IMG/VR virus record: IMGVR_UViG_2716884754_000002
Location: 2,917 to 66,916 of that record
Length of the DNA stretch: 64,000 nucleotides
Origin: a virus
Direction: 5' to 3' (one strand)
Below the pieces are notes generated by a model, which was not told the DNA's origin, made no database searches, and saw only the letters and a program-made list of their open reading frames with translations. Made by a program: the position numbers and the translations under genes. The stretch's first letter is position 1; each line of letters starts with the position of its first letter. This document shows, piece by piece, positions 49,546 to 58,314 of the stretch.

Positions 49546-49909
49546 TGATAGTGGTGACACATTAGTTATTATGAACTTAGAAGACGCTAAGGTAATTCTT
49601 AATGATCTTTTAGAATATGAAATTGCAGATAGTTTATTAACTGTATATAAAGAAAAAGATTCTTTAAATACTGAAACAATTACACTACAGAAGGAAGTCA
49701 TATTTAAATTAATGGAAAAATCCGATAACCAAGCAGAGCAAATAAAAAACTTTCAACAGTTATTAGATAATAAAGATGAAGAGTTAGGACATAAAGATGA
49801 TACTTTAAAACAGTATAAAAAAGAACTAAGAAAACAAAAATTTCTAAAATTTTTAGGTTTTGGTGGATCAGTAATTTTACCTATTATCGCAATATTAATT
49901 TTAGTCTGA
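49451..49909 (+). CDS. signal-peptide coiled-coil protein with C-terminal transmembrane segment
   Basis: MKYLISLIIWIAMTLPILSQ leader and FLGFGGSVILPIIAILILV tail; overlaps the upstream gene by 95 nt. Confidence 0.55.
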   Translation: MKYLISLIIWIAMTLPILSQTISKGEVKTIVDDSGDTLVIMNLEDAKVILNDLLEYEIADSLLTVYKEKDSLNTETITLQKEVIFKLMEKSDNQAEQIKNFQQLLDNKDEELGHKDDTLKQYKKELRKQKFLKFLGFGGSVILPIIAILILV

Positions 49910-49927
49910 TTTTTTTAATAAATTTTA

Positions 49928-49935
49928 ATATTTAT
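49928..49935 (+). promoter_or_regulatory. ATATTTAT motif
   Basis: Exact 8-mer upstream of GTG 49955. Confidence 0.55.
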
Positions 49936-49954
49936 AAATAAACATTATCTCATT

Positions 49955-50215
49955 GTGGAAGATAGAGAATTAAAACATATTATTAGGGAAGCATTAACTA
50001 AAACGGATGAAAACAAAATTGGTGTTATGATTCGTAAAGAGATAAGAGATGCTTTTGGTAAAGATTTAGAAAAAAAAGTTACTGCTATTGTAGAAAAACA
50101 AATAAAAGGTACTAAATTTGAAAAAGAAGTGGTAAAAATAAGTAAAGATGTATTAGAACAACTTTATAGAGAATTATGGATGAGGAGAATGTTTTGGAAA
50201 AATGCAATTAAATAA
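49955..50215 (+). CDS. hypothetical protein with (I/L)-x-E leader
   Basis: ELKHIIREA leader; 86 aa. Confidence 0.65.
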   Translation: MEDRELKHIIREALTKTDENKIGVMIRKEIRDAFGKDLEKKVTAIVEKQIKGTKFEKEVVKISKDVLEQLYRELWMRRMFWKNAIK

Positions 50216-51366
50216 TGGGAACTAGCGAAGCATACGAAAAATATAATAAGGTTAAAAAAGTAATAAAATCTTGTGAAAATGAGGCACAATTAAATGTCGC
50301 AATAAGAATGTTTAATATATTATTAGAAAAATATGGTAAAGACATTCCTGACAATAATCTTCATATATTAAAAGAATTATTAAGTCTTATGAGACTTAAA
50401 TGTACAGGTGATGAAGAAATTAATGAAATATTTAATAGTGGTGAAGATTTTAGTAAACAATTAGGGTTAAGTCAAACAAGAGAGTTAAGAGATTTAGCAC
50501 CTAAAATGTTAAAAGAAATTAATATAGGAACACAAATTGAACAAAACCATTTACCTTTAGAACAAGCTAAAGAGTTAGCTACACAAAATGTACAACAAAT
50601 ATCAGATTACTATACTAATCCAGATTATTGTATAATTGCGGTGGAGAGTAAATCAGGTAATAAAAAAACAGTTAGGGTTGAGAAAAAAGTATATGAAAAA
50701 AGCGAAGTAGAAAAAGATGTTTTAATTATGGATGATATGGAAATATTTCATGAAGATTTAGATACTAATGAAATTGCAAATAGATTAAGAGATCAGTTAA
50801 GACAACAACAGAGAAAAAAGTTTACTAAAAAAGAAATTTTTGATAAGATAAGGGAAAAACGTCAACAAGAACTAGAAAGAAGAAGGTCCGAAGATTTTAT
50901 TGAAGATGAAGAACTAGAAGAAGCCACTGGTGCGTCTAGTGCAGGTGCGTTTGTAGGTCCATTAAATCAAGAACCAATCACTAAAAGATTTGCTAAAAAT
51001 GAAATACCGGTGACGAAAAATGGTATCACTAAACCTATAGGTAAAATGTATTCAATGGATATTTTAGAAGAAGATGAAGAAATAGAAGAAGCAGTAGATT
51101 ATGGGGGTGCGGTAGGATCTTATGTTACACCAGCAATGTGGGCTAAAAACAAAAAGAATTGGAGGGGTGCACATAAATTAGCATATCCGGGAGGTAAATT
51201 TGTTAATATTAAAAAGAAATGTAGTACTCACCCTTATTGTGATCAAGGTGCGGGTGGACCGAGTGGGTCTCCTATAACACTTTCTAACACATCGGATATG
51301 AAAATAGACAATGTATTTAATGAAAATAAAATAATTAAAAAAAGTAATTTAAAACTTAAAAAATAA
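50215..51366 (+). CDS. hypothetical multi-segment acidic protein
   Basis: Segments separated by EINE, ELEEA and EIEEA; TGASSAGAFVGP and KKCSTHPYCDQG motifs. Confidence 0.7.
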   Translation: MGTSEAYEKYNKVKKVIKSCENEAQLNVAIRMFNILLEKYGKDIPDNNLHILKELLSLMRLKCTGDEEINEIFNSGEDFSKQLGLSQTRELRDLAPKMLKEINIGTQIEQNHLPLEQAKELATQNVQQISDYYTNPDYCIIAVESKSGNKKTVRVEKKVYEKSEVEKDVLIMDDMEIFHEDLDTNEIANRLRDQLRQQQRKKFTKKEIFDKIREKRQQELERRRSEDFIEDEELEEATGASSAGAFVGPLNQEPITKRFAKNEIPVTKNGITKPIGKMYSMDILEEDEEIEEAVDYGGAVGSYVTPAMWAKNKKNWRGAHKLAYPGGKFVNIKKKCSTHPYCDQGAGGPSGSPITLSNTSDMKIDNVFNENKIIKKSNLKLKK

Positions 51367-51385
51367 GACATTATCTAATTAATGT

Positions 51386-51393
51386 ATATTTAT
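51386..51393 (+). promoter_or_regulatory. ATATTTAT motif
   Basis: Exact 8-mer upstream of ATG 51412. Confidence 0.55.
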
Positions 51394-51411
51394 ATATAAA
51401 CAAACAATAAA

Positions 51412-52260
51412 ATGGAAAAGAAATTTTTAACTAAAAATACAAAAGTTACCATTAATGAAGAGGCGGCACCTAATGGATTAAAAACTTATGAAAAAATCCA
51501 TAAAGAAGATGCAACTATTAATAATGATGCATTAAAGGAGATTGGGAAGAAGTTAGAAGATTATTATGGTGATGAATTAAAAGAATTAGATCCGGTATTA
51601 AAGGTAGATAGAGAACAAGAATCAACTGGTGATGTAGATGTATATGATATTGAAGCATTAGGTACTGGAATGCAGGCATTAAAATATGATGATGAAGGTA
51701 GTGAAGTATTTAAAAAGTTTATGAAAAGAATGGACGATTTAAATGATACCTCAGAATACGATAAAGAATTTGGTACTAAAGATGGTTTCGGTGCAACAGA
51801 CAAAAAAGATGACACTTATGAGAAATTAGAGAAAGCATCTGATGAGTATAAAAAGAATAAATATGATGAACCTAACCCTGAAATTGCAACACGTAGAGTA
51901 AGAGTTCAAACAGAGTCAAAAAATGAAAAAATGAAAAGATTAAATTTTAAAAACGAATTTACTTCAATAGAAGAAGTTAAAGAATTAATACCTGAAAATT
52001 ATAAGGTGGATGATCACACATTTTTAATGACAGATGGAAACCAAACATATAAATTTAGATGGGACGAATCTTTAAAAGAGGCAACAGTATTAAATTATAA
52101 AAACACTCAACAAATTAGTGAAAATGTTGATAAAATGAAAAAACTTTATGATTTTAAATATGGTGATGTAAACACTAAAACCAATGATTATACTGAAGAA
52201 ACAAAAGTTTTTAAAAATTTAATGGAATCTATTAAAGATAAAGATTTATTATCTGAATAA
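51412..52260 (+). CDS. acidic hypothetical protein (head scaffold/internal protein candidate)
   Basis: TINEE, QTESK, ISENV and LMESI segments; D/E/K-rich. Confidence 0.65.
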   Translation: MEKKFLTKNTKVTINEEAAPNGLKTYEKIHKEDATINNDALKEIGKKLEDYYGDELKELDPVLKVDREQESTGDVDVYDIEALGTGMQALKYDDEGSEVFKKFMKRMDDLNDTSEYDKEFGTKDGFGATDKKDDTYEKLEKASDEYKKNKYDEPNPEIATRRVRVQTESKNEKMKRLNFKNEFTSIEEVKELIPENYKVDDHTFLMTDGNQTYKFRWDESLKEATVLNYKNTQQISENVDKMKKLYDFKYGDVNTKTNDYTEETKVFKNLMESIKDKDLLSE

Positions 52261-52285
52261 ACCACAAATCTAAAACCACATAATT

Positions 52286-52309
52286 AAACCTCCATTTGGG
52301 GGTTTTTTT
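52286..52309 (+). terminator. intrinsic terminator
   Basis: AAACCTCC-ATTT-GGGGGTTT followed by a T run. Confidence 0.75.
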
Positions 52310-52320
52310 ATGCCTTATAT

Positions 52321-52328
52321 ATATTTAT
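52321..52328 (+). promoter_or_regulatory. ATATTTAT motif
   Basis: Exact 8-mer after the terminator, ending 5 nt before ATG 52334. Confidence 0.6.
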
Positions 52329-52333
52329 AAGTA

Positions 52334-53089
52334 ATGGGTTTAAATTTTAAAAATATATTATTAGAATCAATAATTGACGAATTAGATAATCTAAGTAGAA
52401 TGGATAAAGCGGTTCTTAAGTTTATCCACAACTCTATGTCACAAGAAAAATTTCCTCATCTAGTTGGTAATAAAAGCTATGATTTTGATGCTAGTGACGC
52501 ACTAAGAATTAATGATTTAATTAATAGTTTTGGTTTAAAAGATTATGACTATGCTTTCAAAATGTGGAATTTTTATAAAAGGTTTGGGAATGTCTTATTT
52601 GATGATGAGGTATTTGATGACTTTTCATACAAACAAGAAGATTATGATGATGCAACTAAACTTATAGTTGCAAAATATTATATAGATAATCTAGTAGGTA
52701 GGGAAATTTATCCGGGATGGACAATAGAAATGATGGAAGATCCAATTGGTATGGTAGAAGAAGATGTTATGACGTTTACAGTGGGTAATGATAAGTCAGA
52801 AGTAATATATCTCTATTTACTAGATTTAAATGGTAAAAGATTACAGGGAGATATAATTACTCATAATGTAGGATTAGGCGCATATTTTGTGGAAGCAGGT
52901 ATATCTAAACATAATGATGTTATTGATAGTATTGAGATACCAAACCCTTTAAAAGAAAGATTAATAGATTTAAGTGATGAAAGTTTGGAAAAATATTTTG
53001 ATTTCATTATTGAACAAATACAAGATGAGATTGAAGAATGGGATGAAGACATCCTACACTACTACAAAGATTGGGAACCAGAAAGGTAA
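52334..53089 (+). CDS. acidic hypothetical protein with (I/L)-x-E leader
   Basis: MGLNFKNILLES start; 251 aa. Confidence 0.7.
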   Translation: MGLNFKNILLESIIDELDNLSRMDKAVLKFIHNSMSQEKFPHLVGNKSYDFDASDALRINDLINSFGLKDYDYAFKMWNFYKRFGNVLFDDEVFDDFSYKQEDYDDATKLIVAKYYIDNLVGREIYPGWTIEMMEDPIGMVEEDVMTFTVGNDKSEVIYLYLLDLNGKRLQGDIITHNVGLGAYFVEAGISKHNDVIDSIEIPNPLKERLIDLSDESLEKYFDFIIEQIQDEIEEWDEDILHYYKDWEPER

Positions 53090-53132
53090 AATAAGTACGA
53101 AGAAACCAATAATAGAAGAAAAAAACAAAAAG

Positions 53133-53969
53133 ATGTTATTAAAAAAAGGAAGTAAAGGGGATGATGTTAAAGAATTACAAAAATTATTAAAAATTACTGT
53201 TGATGGTGATTTTGGTCCAGCAACTGAATTAGCCGTTATGAAATTTCAAGGACAACAAGGGTTAAAAACCGATGGTATAGTCGGTCCTAAGACATGGGCA
53301 AAAATACAGAGTAGAAATGGGGGTGAACAAAATAGTGATGGGTATGTTTGGATATTAGATAATGGACATGGAGGGATAATAGACGGTGTATATCAAACAT
53401 CTGGTAAACGATCACCTAAATGGGAAGATGGTACACAGTTATTTGAAGGAGAGTTCAATAGAGCGGTTGTAAAGAGAATAATTAAGATGTGTGAAAAGGA
53501 TGGTATTGAATGTATTAATTTAGTTGATACCGAAAAAGATTTATCATTAAGATGGAGAACTGATAAAGCAAATGATATATACAGAGAAAGACAACAAAGT
53601 GATGGTAAGAAATGTATTTATGTTTCAGTACACGCTAATGGATTTAATAAAGAATCTGCACACGGTTGGTCGGTGTATACAACCGTAGGGGAAACTAAAT
53701 CAGATAAAATTGCTCAGATATTACACGAAAAGGCAAAGGCAGAATTTCCTACACATAAAATGAGGATGGATAATAGAGATGGTGATGCCGATAAAGAATC
53801 TAACTTTTGGGTTTTACGTAAAGTTGTTATGCCTTCCATATTATCAGAAAACTTTTTTATGACTAATAGAGAAGAAAGTAAACTTTTATTAAGTGAGGAA
53901 GGAAGAGATAGGATTGCTAAAATACATTACCAAATGATAAAAGAAGTAGAAAAGAATAAAATTATATAA
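53133..53969 (+). CDS. endolysin: peptidoglycan-binding domain + N-acetylmuramoyl-L-alanine amidase (Amidase_3); track start 52974
   Basis: MLLKKGSKGDDVKELQ...DGIVGPKTW (PG-binding), ILDNGHGG, EGEFN, YVSVHANG and ILSENFFMTN. Confidence 0.88.
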   Translation: MLLKKGSKGDDVKELQKLLKITVDGDFGPATELAVMKFQGQQGLKTDGIVGPKTWAKIQSRNGGEQNSDGYVWILDNGHGGIIDGVYQTSGKRSPKWEDGTQLFEGEFNRAVVKRIIKMCEKDGIECINLVDTEKDLSLRWRTDKANDIYRERQQSDGKKCIYVSVHANGFNKESAHGWSVYTTVGETKSDKIAQILHEKAKAEFPTHKMRMDNRDGDADKESNFWVLRKVVMPSILSENFFMTNREESKLLLSEEGRDRIAKIHYQMIKEVEKNKII

Positions 53970-54014
53970 TATAGTCTTTATATAGTTCAAACCCAATATT
54001 ATATTAGTGTTGTA

Positions 54015-54482
54015 ATGAATAGTGCAGAATTTATAGAATATATATCTAGACCACTTACTAGTGATGAAATGAATTTGCTATATAAGGCAAATAATATAAA
54101 TTATGATAGATGTAATTTATATTATGATTTTATTACATCTTTAAATAGAAGTGTGAATAATACATTTTTAGGGGACGATGTAATCAATTCCGAAGAAGAT
54201 ATTAAAAATCATTTTGAGTGGTGTTTTAATAACAGAATAGAAAAATTCGCAAAAGAAGGTATATATTTTTTAGATACTAACACATTAAAAGAATACTTCT
54301 TCAATTTTTATATTGAAATATTTTATAATAATACTAACAAAAAAGATTCTTTAGAAAGATTAGATAAATTCCCTAATATGTCTTTTAAATACTATAGGTT
54401 AAAAACTAGATCAGATATGGATGTTTTATTAGAATTATACCGAATTTTCGATAAATCTTTAGATTTTAAATTAAAAATGTAG
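54015..54482 (+). CDS. hypothetical protein
   Basis: 155-aa ORF. Confidence 0.7.
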   Translation: MNSAEFIEYISRPLTSDEMNLLYKANNINYDRCNLYYDFITSLNRSVNNTFLGDDVINSEEDIKNHFEWCFNNRIEKFAKEGIYFLDTNTLKEYFFNFYIEIFYNNTNKKDSLERLDKFPNMSFKYYRLKTRSDMDVLLELYRIFDKSLDFKLKM

Positions 54483-54527
54483 TATTTAGTATTTATTTTA
54501 TAACAAAATAGTTTTATAGTTAGAGAT

Positions 54528-54776
54528 ATGAATAATAAAGTAAAATTTTTAGAAATAGTTTTGGCAGATTTAGTGTCACAAAGAGACACTGCAGAAATGG
54601 ATTTAAATTACGTTTTAAATTCAGAGAGTAATAAAACAGAAAATAAAAAAACAGATTTTATCTCGGTTTTAGATGAAATAGTTAGAATTAACAATAAAAT
54701 CCAAACACTGAGTGAATATTTAGCCCAACTCAACGCTACTACAGTAGCTAATGAGGTAGAAGCTAAAACAGAATAA
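54528..54776 (+). CDS. small coiled-coil hypothetical protein
   Basis: 82-aa ORF. Confidence 0.6.
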   Translation: MNNKVKFLEIVLADLVSQRDTAEMDLNYVLNSESNKTENKKTDFISVLDEIVRINNKIQTLSEYLAQLNATTVANEVEAKTE

Positions 54777-54803
54777 ATAATAACAATAATTAAATTAAGA
54801 AAA

Positions 54804-54992
54804 ATGAAAAATTTCGAAACATTAAAAGAATTAGTTGCAAGCTTAGAAGAAGATGCAGTAAAATTTTATGAAAAAAATAATAAAGCAGCAGGTACTAGAG
54901 TAAGAAAAGGGTGTCAGGAAATTAAGAATTTATGTCAAACTATTCGTGTTGAAGTGTCTGAGTTAAAGAAAAGTGATACAGTAACAGTATAA
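54804..54992 (+). CDS. histone H1-like (Hc1-type) small DNA-binding protein
   Basis: LEEDAVKFYEKNNKAAGTRVRKGCQEIKNL matches the KFxxKxNxAAGTRxRK family pattern. Confidence 0.75.
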   Translation: MKNFETLKELVASLEEDAVKFYEKNNKAAGTRVRKGCQEIKNLCQTIRVEVSELKKSDTVTV

Positions 54993-55010
54993 GTTATTAA
55001 ATATAAATAG

Positions 55011-55199
55011 ATGGACGTTCTTAACAAAATATTTTTATTCTTATTAATACTTTCTATTCTTAATGTTATTAGGAATTCATTTTTTTTAGTGAGGAATTAT
55101 ATGGATGGGGAAAGATTTGTGTTAAGTAAATTTTCTTTATGGATGTTAGGGATGTCTATCTCTTATATTATATTAATTTTAATAGATGGAGTAAAATGA
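55011..55199 (+). CDS. small two-TM membrane protein
   Basis: Two hydrophobic segments in 62 aa. Confidence 0.6.
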   Translation: MDVLNKIFLFLLILSILNVIRNSFFLVRNYMDGERFVLSKFSLWMLGMSISYIILILIDGVK

Positions 55200-55663
55200 T
55201 ACAAGATAAATTAAATAGTTTAAGACCCTATGTTACTGGTTTAAGATTTGTGAAAGATCTTCCTGTGGTAGATTTAATCATAAAGGAAGGTTGGAATATG
55301 TTTGAATCAGATAAAGTTTCTTATAAACCTAGTGCGAACAATAAAAATTATTTTATGGTTTTCCCAAAGGATCCTAAAGATTCAATTGATGATGTAGTTA
55401 TACACGTAGAAAATGTTATTTCTATTAATATAGAAAAAGAGAACAAATTAGTTTTATTAAAGGCAAAAATTGAAGAGTTGAAACTTTTATTTACAAATAA
55501 AGGGTTAAGTGAGTTAGAAACATTAAAATTTGTATTTCCTGATGTTACTGAACCTACGTTGGAAGATATTCCTATATCTACTACTAGTAGACATAGTAAA
55601 AATGGTGTTGAATTACCACCTAAACAAAACACAAAGGAGGTTTTGGAAAAAGAGGAAAAATAA
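55196..55663 (+). CDS. hypothetical protein (track start 55139)
   Basis: ATGA overlap with the upstream stop gives MIQDKLNSLRPYV. Confidence 0.65.
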   Translation: MIQDKLNSLRPYVTGLRFVKDLPVVDLIIKEGWNMFESDKVSYKPSANNKNYFMVFPKDPKDSIDDVVIHVENVISINIEKENKLVLLKAKIEELKLLFTNKGLSELETLKFVFPDVTEPTLEDIPISTTSRHSKNGVELPPKQNTKEVLEKEEK

Positions 55664-55676
55664 TTCCTCTTTTTTT
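55648..55676. terminator. bidirectional intrinsic terminator
   Basis: AAAAGAGGAA-AAATAA-TTCCTCTTTT with an A run before and a T run after, between convergent genes. Confidence 0.7.
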
Positions 55677-55995
55677 ATGCTTCAAAATGTTCTTGTAAGG
55701 TATGAATCAACCAAGTAGTACCAGATAAAAGACAACTATCGAGAAATATAGATATATAGATATTATCTAAACCATTAGAATAAAAAGGCGAAAATTGAGT
55801 ATAAGTACTTATTTGTGAACCAAGAGATAATATAAAACCTACCCAAAAAGGCATACACATCATACAACTAAACAATTTACCCCAAAAATCAGGTGATATT
55901 AGAGTGAGTTTATCCCTTAACCCCTCAAATATACTTCCATATACTATAATATTTGAAATTCCATAACACACTAAAATAGTTAATATAATTTCCAT
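55675..55995 (-). CDS. DUF1360-like membrane protein
   Basis: Hydrophobic 106 aa with LFSCMMCMPFWVG (CxxCxxFW). Confidence 0.7.
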   Translation of the reverse strand: MEIILTILVCYGISNIIVYGSIFEGLRDKLTLISPDFWGKLFSCMMCMPFWVGFILSLGSQISTYTQFSPFYSNGLDNIYISIFLDSCLLSGTTWLIHTLQEHFEA

Positions 55996-56012
55996 TTTTA
56001 ATTATTTTTTTA

Positions 56013-56020
56013 ATATTTAT
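56013..56020 (+). promoter_or_regulatory. ATATTTAT motif
   Basis: Exact 8-mer upstream of ATG 56042. Confidence 0.5.
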
Positions 56021-56027
56021 TATAAAA

Positions 56028-56035
56028 CAAATATA
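56028..56035 (-). promoter_or_regulatory. Bacteroidota-type -7 element
   Basis: Plus-strand CAAATATA reads TATATTTG on the minus strand, upstream of 55995; no clear -33. Confidence 0.45.
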
Positions 56036-56041
56036 CTTAAA

Positions 56042-56467
56042 ATGCGGTTAATTGTAAATGAAAGACAATATAAAGAGTTATTATCAAACCAAAAACAGAA
56101 CCTAAGTACGGGAGATGAATGGGTAAACTATATTAGTGATTTCACAATAACCAATCTAGAAGATAAAAATTTACTAGAAAGTGTACTAACAAATAATAAT
56201 TTAAAATATAAATTAGGTAAGTTTAATTTTTATAAAAAATTACCTATAGATAATATTATTTTAAATGTTTATAGTGAAGAAAACTCACCATTTAATTCCG
56301 AATTTGATGAAAGAGAAATATTTATAAATGAAAATAAACAGATAAAAAATGTCAATATTAATATTACTATAGATAAACTCCTAACATTAGAAGAACAAAT
56401 AGATAAAAATAATTTAAAGTTAACCTTACATAAAATAAAAGAGTGGTATGAAAATAATAATAAGTGA
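56042..56467 (+). CDS. hypothetical protein with leader motif
   Basis: MRLIVNERQYKELL start. Confidence 0.65.
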   Translation: MRLIVNERQYKELLSNQKQNLSTGDEWVNYISDFTITNLEDKNLLESVLTNNNLKYKLGKFNFYKKLPIDNIILNVYSEENSPFNSEFDEREIFINENKQIKNVNINITIDKLLTLEEQIDKNNLKLTLHKIKEWYENNNK

Positions 56468-57449
56468 AAAGCAATTAAAAATACTTAGAGAAGATAGTAT
56501 ATCTTCAGAAACTGACGTTGCATTAGATGATTTGAAAACTGCGGATCATTGGGTGGATGAGTTAGATGGTAAATATATTAAACGATATAAAAAAAATAAT
56601 GTGGATCACGTAAAACGTATACAGACAATGTTAACATTATTGGGTTACGATGTAGGACATTACGGTGATGGTGAACCAATGATAGACGGTATTTATGGAC
56701 CGGACACCGCAGAAGCAGTAAGAGATTACCAAAAAGATGTATTCATTGAACCGATTGAGTGGGACTCAATTATTGGCCCTAAAACGTATACGGAATTATA
56801 TGATGACATAGAAGAATTAGGAGATGATCACGCTATGTCAGTAGAAGAGGTATTATTATTGGGGTTAGATGATGAAAACATTATGGGGGATGAAGATGAT
56901 CCACATTATGATGACGAGGAAGATGATGAAGAAGAGGAAGAAGAAAATGATGATTTTGAATATAGTGATGGGATAGAAAAGTGGTTCGCACCTATCTCAG
57001 AAGAAGGATCGGGATGGGAAATAAGGTATCACGATCATTTTGGATCTGGTAAATATGGTGCGAGTAGAGGTAATAGAATTCACAAAGGATTAGACATTAT
57101 TTCAAATAAAGACGAAAAGGTATTTTCCCCTATGGATGGAAAAATTACGAGAACATTTCACCCATATAGTGATAAATGTAGATTTTTAAAAGGGGTAGAA
57201 ATTGTAGGTGAAGGTGAATATTCGGACTATAAAATGAAATTAATGTATGTGGATTTAGAAGATAATGTAGATACTGGAGATAGTGTTAAAAAAGGAGACG
57301 TAATTGCCATCCAGCAAGATTTATTGGAGTGTTATCCACCCAAACATGGTAAAAGTATGACTAATCATATACATTTTGAAGTGTACGAAAATGGAAGGAG
57401 TATTGACCCTGAACAAATAATAGATATGGAAAGACCTATAATGGTATAA
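56448..57449 (+). CDS. peptidoglycan-binding domain + acidic linker + M23 (LECT2-like) metallopeptidase domain
   Basis: MKIIISEKQLKILRE leader, IDGIYGPDTAEAVRDYQ (PG-binding), HKGLD and NHIHFE zinc motifs. Confidence 0.85.
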   Translation: MKIIISEKQLKILREDSISSETDVALDDLKTADHWVDELDGKYIKRYKKNNVDHVKRIQTMLTLLGYDVGHYGDGEPMIDGIYGPDTAEAVRDYQKDVFIEPIEWDSIIGPKTYTELYDDIEELGDDHAMSVEEVLLLGLDDENIMGDEDDPHYDDEEDDEEEEEENDDFEYSDGIEKWFAPISEEGSGWEIRYHDHFGSGKYGASRGNRIHKGLDIISNKDEKVFSPMDGKITRTFHPYSDKCRFLKGVEIVGEGEYSDYKMKLMYVDLEDNVDTGDSVKKGDVIAIQQDLLECYPPKHGKSMTNHIHFEVYENGRSIDPEQIIDMERPIMV

Positions 57450-57459
57450 ATTTAATTAA

Positions 57460-57837
57460 ATGAATAAATACGGAGGAGTTTTATTAATTTGTGAGAAAAG
57501 TGGTAAGTTTTTATTGTTAAAACGTTCTGCAAAGTCCACATATCCCAAAACTTGGTCAATAGTATCTGGTGGTATAGAAAAAGGAGAAAGTCCATTAGAA
57601 GGGGTTAAAAGAGAGTTAAAAGAAGAAACCCAAATAGATAGTAACAATATTAAGTATGAATTTTTTGAACATCAAAATCAATTGATACCATACTTTGATT
57701 TCTTTATTGGGTATTGTGATGAAGAATTTGAATGTAAATTAGATAATGAAAATATTGATTGGGGATGGTTTGATATAGAAAATCTACCAAAACCATTATT
57801 TCCTACCTTATATTCTTCACTAGTTAGAATTATTTAA
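57460..57837 (+). CDS. NUDIX hydrolase
   Basis: Nudix box GGIEKGESPLEGVKRELKEETQ. Confidence 0.9.
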   Translation: MNKYGGVLLICEKSGKFLLLKRSAKSTYPKTWSIVSGGIEKGESPLEGVKRELKEETQIDSNNIKYEFFEHQNQLIPYFDFFIGYCDEEFECKLDNENIDWGWFDIENLPKPLFPTLYSSLVRII

Positions 57838-57850
57838 GTATAATTGTAAT

Positions 57851-58042
57851 ATGGATGAAATAGAAAGAGAACGATTTAAGATTGAAATCGATAAAGAAAA
57901 GACTGAATTAAAAAAAGAACAATTTATTAAAGAAATTAGATCTGGGTTAGGTGACCATATTAAAAAAAATGGTAATAAAATTAATAGAATTGAAAAAACC
58001 AAATGGCAAAAATTTTGGTTAAAAATTAGAAAAATATTTTAA
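57851..58042 (+). CDS. small hypothetical protein
   Basis: 63 aa with an amphipathic basic C-terminus. Confidence 0.55.
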   Translation: MDEIERERFKIEIDKEKTELKKEQFIKEIRSGLGDHIKKNGNKINRIEKTKWQKFWLKIRKIF

Positions 58043-58043
58043 A

Positions 58044-58265
58044 ATGAATTTAGAAAAAGTTTTAGATATTGCAAATGAATGTGTGAGTAATGAAACCATA
58101 CCAACAGAAGGGTTAACCCTTATGTATTTTTTAGATGGAAAAACCCACCGACATTTAGATGAAGAATTGTTTTATAAAACTAATAATAGTTTAAATTCGT
58201 TCCAACACAACAAAGAAATAGAAGTGAATATTGCAGGTATTACTTTTATTTTTAAAGAAAAATAA
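58044..58265 (+). CDS. small hypothetical protein
   Basis: 73-aa ORF. Confidence 0.6.
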   Translation: MNLEKVLDIANECVSNETIPTEGLTLMYFLDGKTHRHLDEELFYKTNNSLNSFQHNKEIEVNIAGITFIFKEK

Positions 58266-58266
58266 T

Positions 58267-58298
58267 TTTGACATTATAAGAAAAATTGTTTAACTTTA
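58267..58298 (+). promoter_or_regulatory. degenerate Bacteroidota-type promoter
   Basis: TTTG-N20-TAACTTTA upstream of 58315. Confidence 0.45.
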
Positions 58299-58314
58299 CA
58301 CAAAAAGTTTACTT

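Noticed and set aside
52974-53132. Track N-terminal extensions (52974; also 39019, 39048, 49117, 55139)
   Set aside because: They overlap neighbouring genes or promoters; downstream ATGs at 53133, 39043, 39000, 49165 and 55196 give domain-aligned starts.
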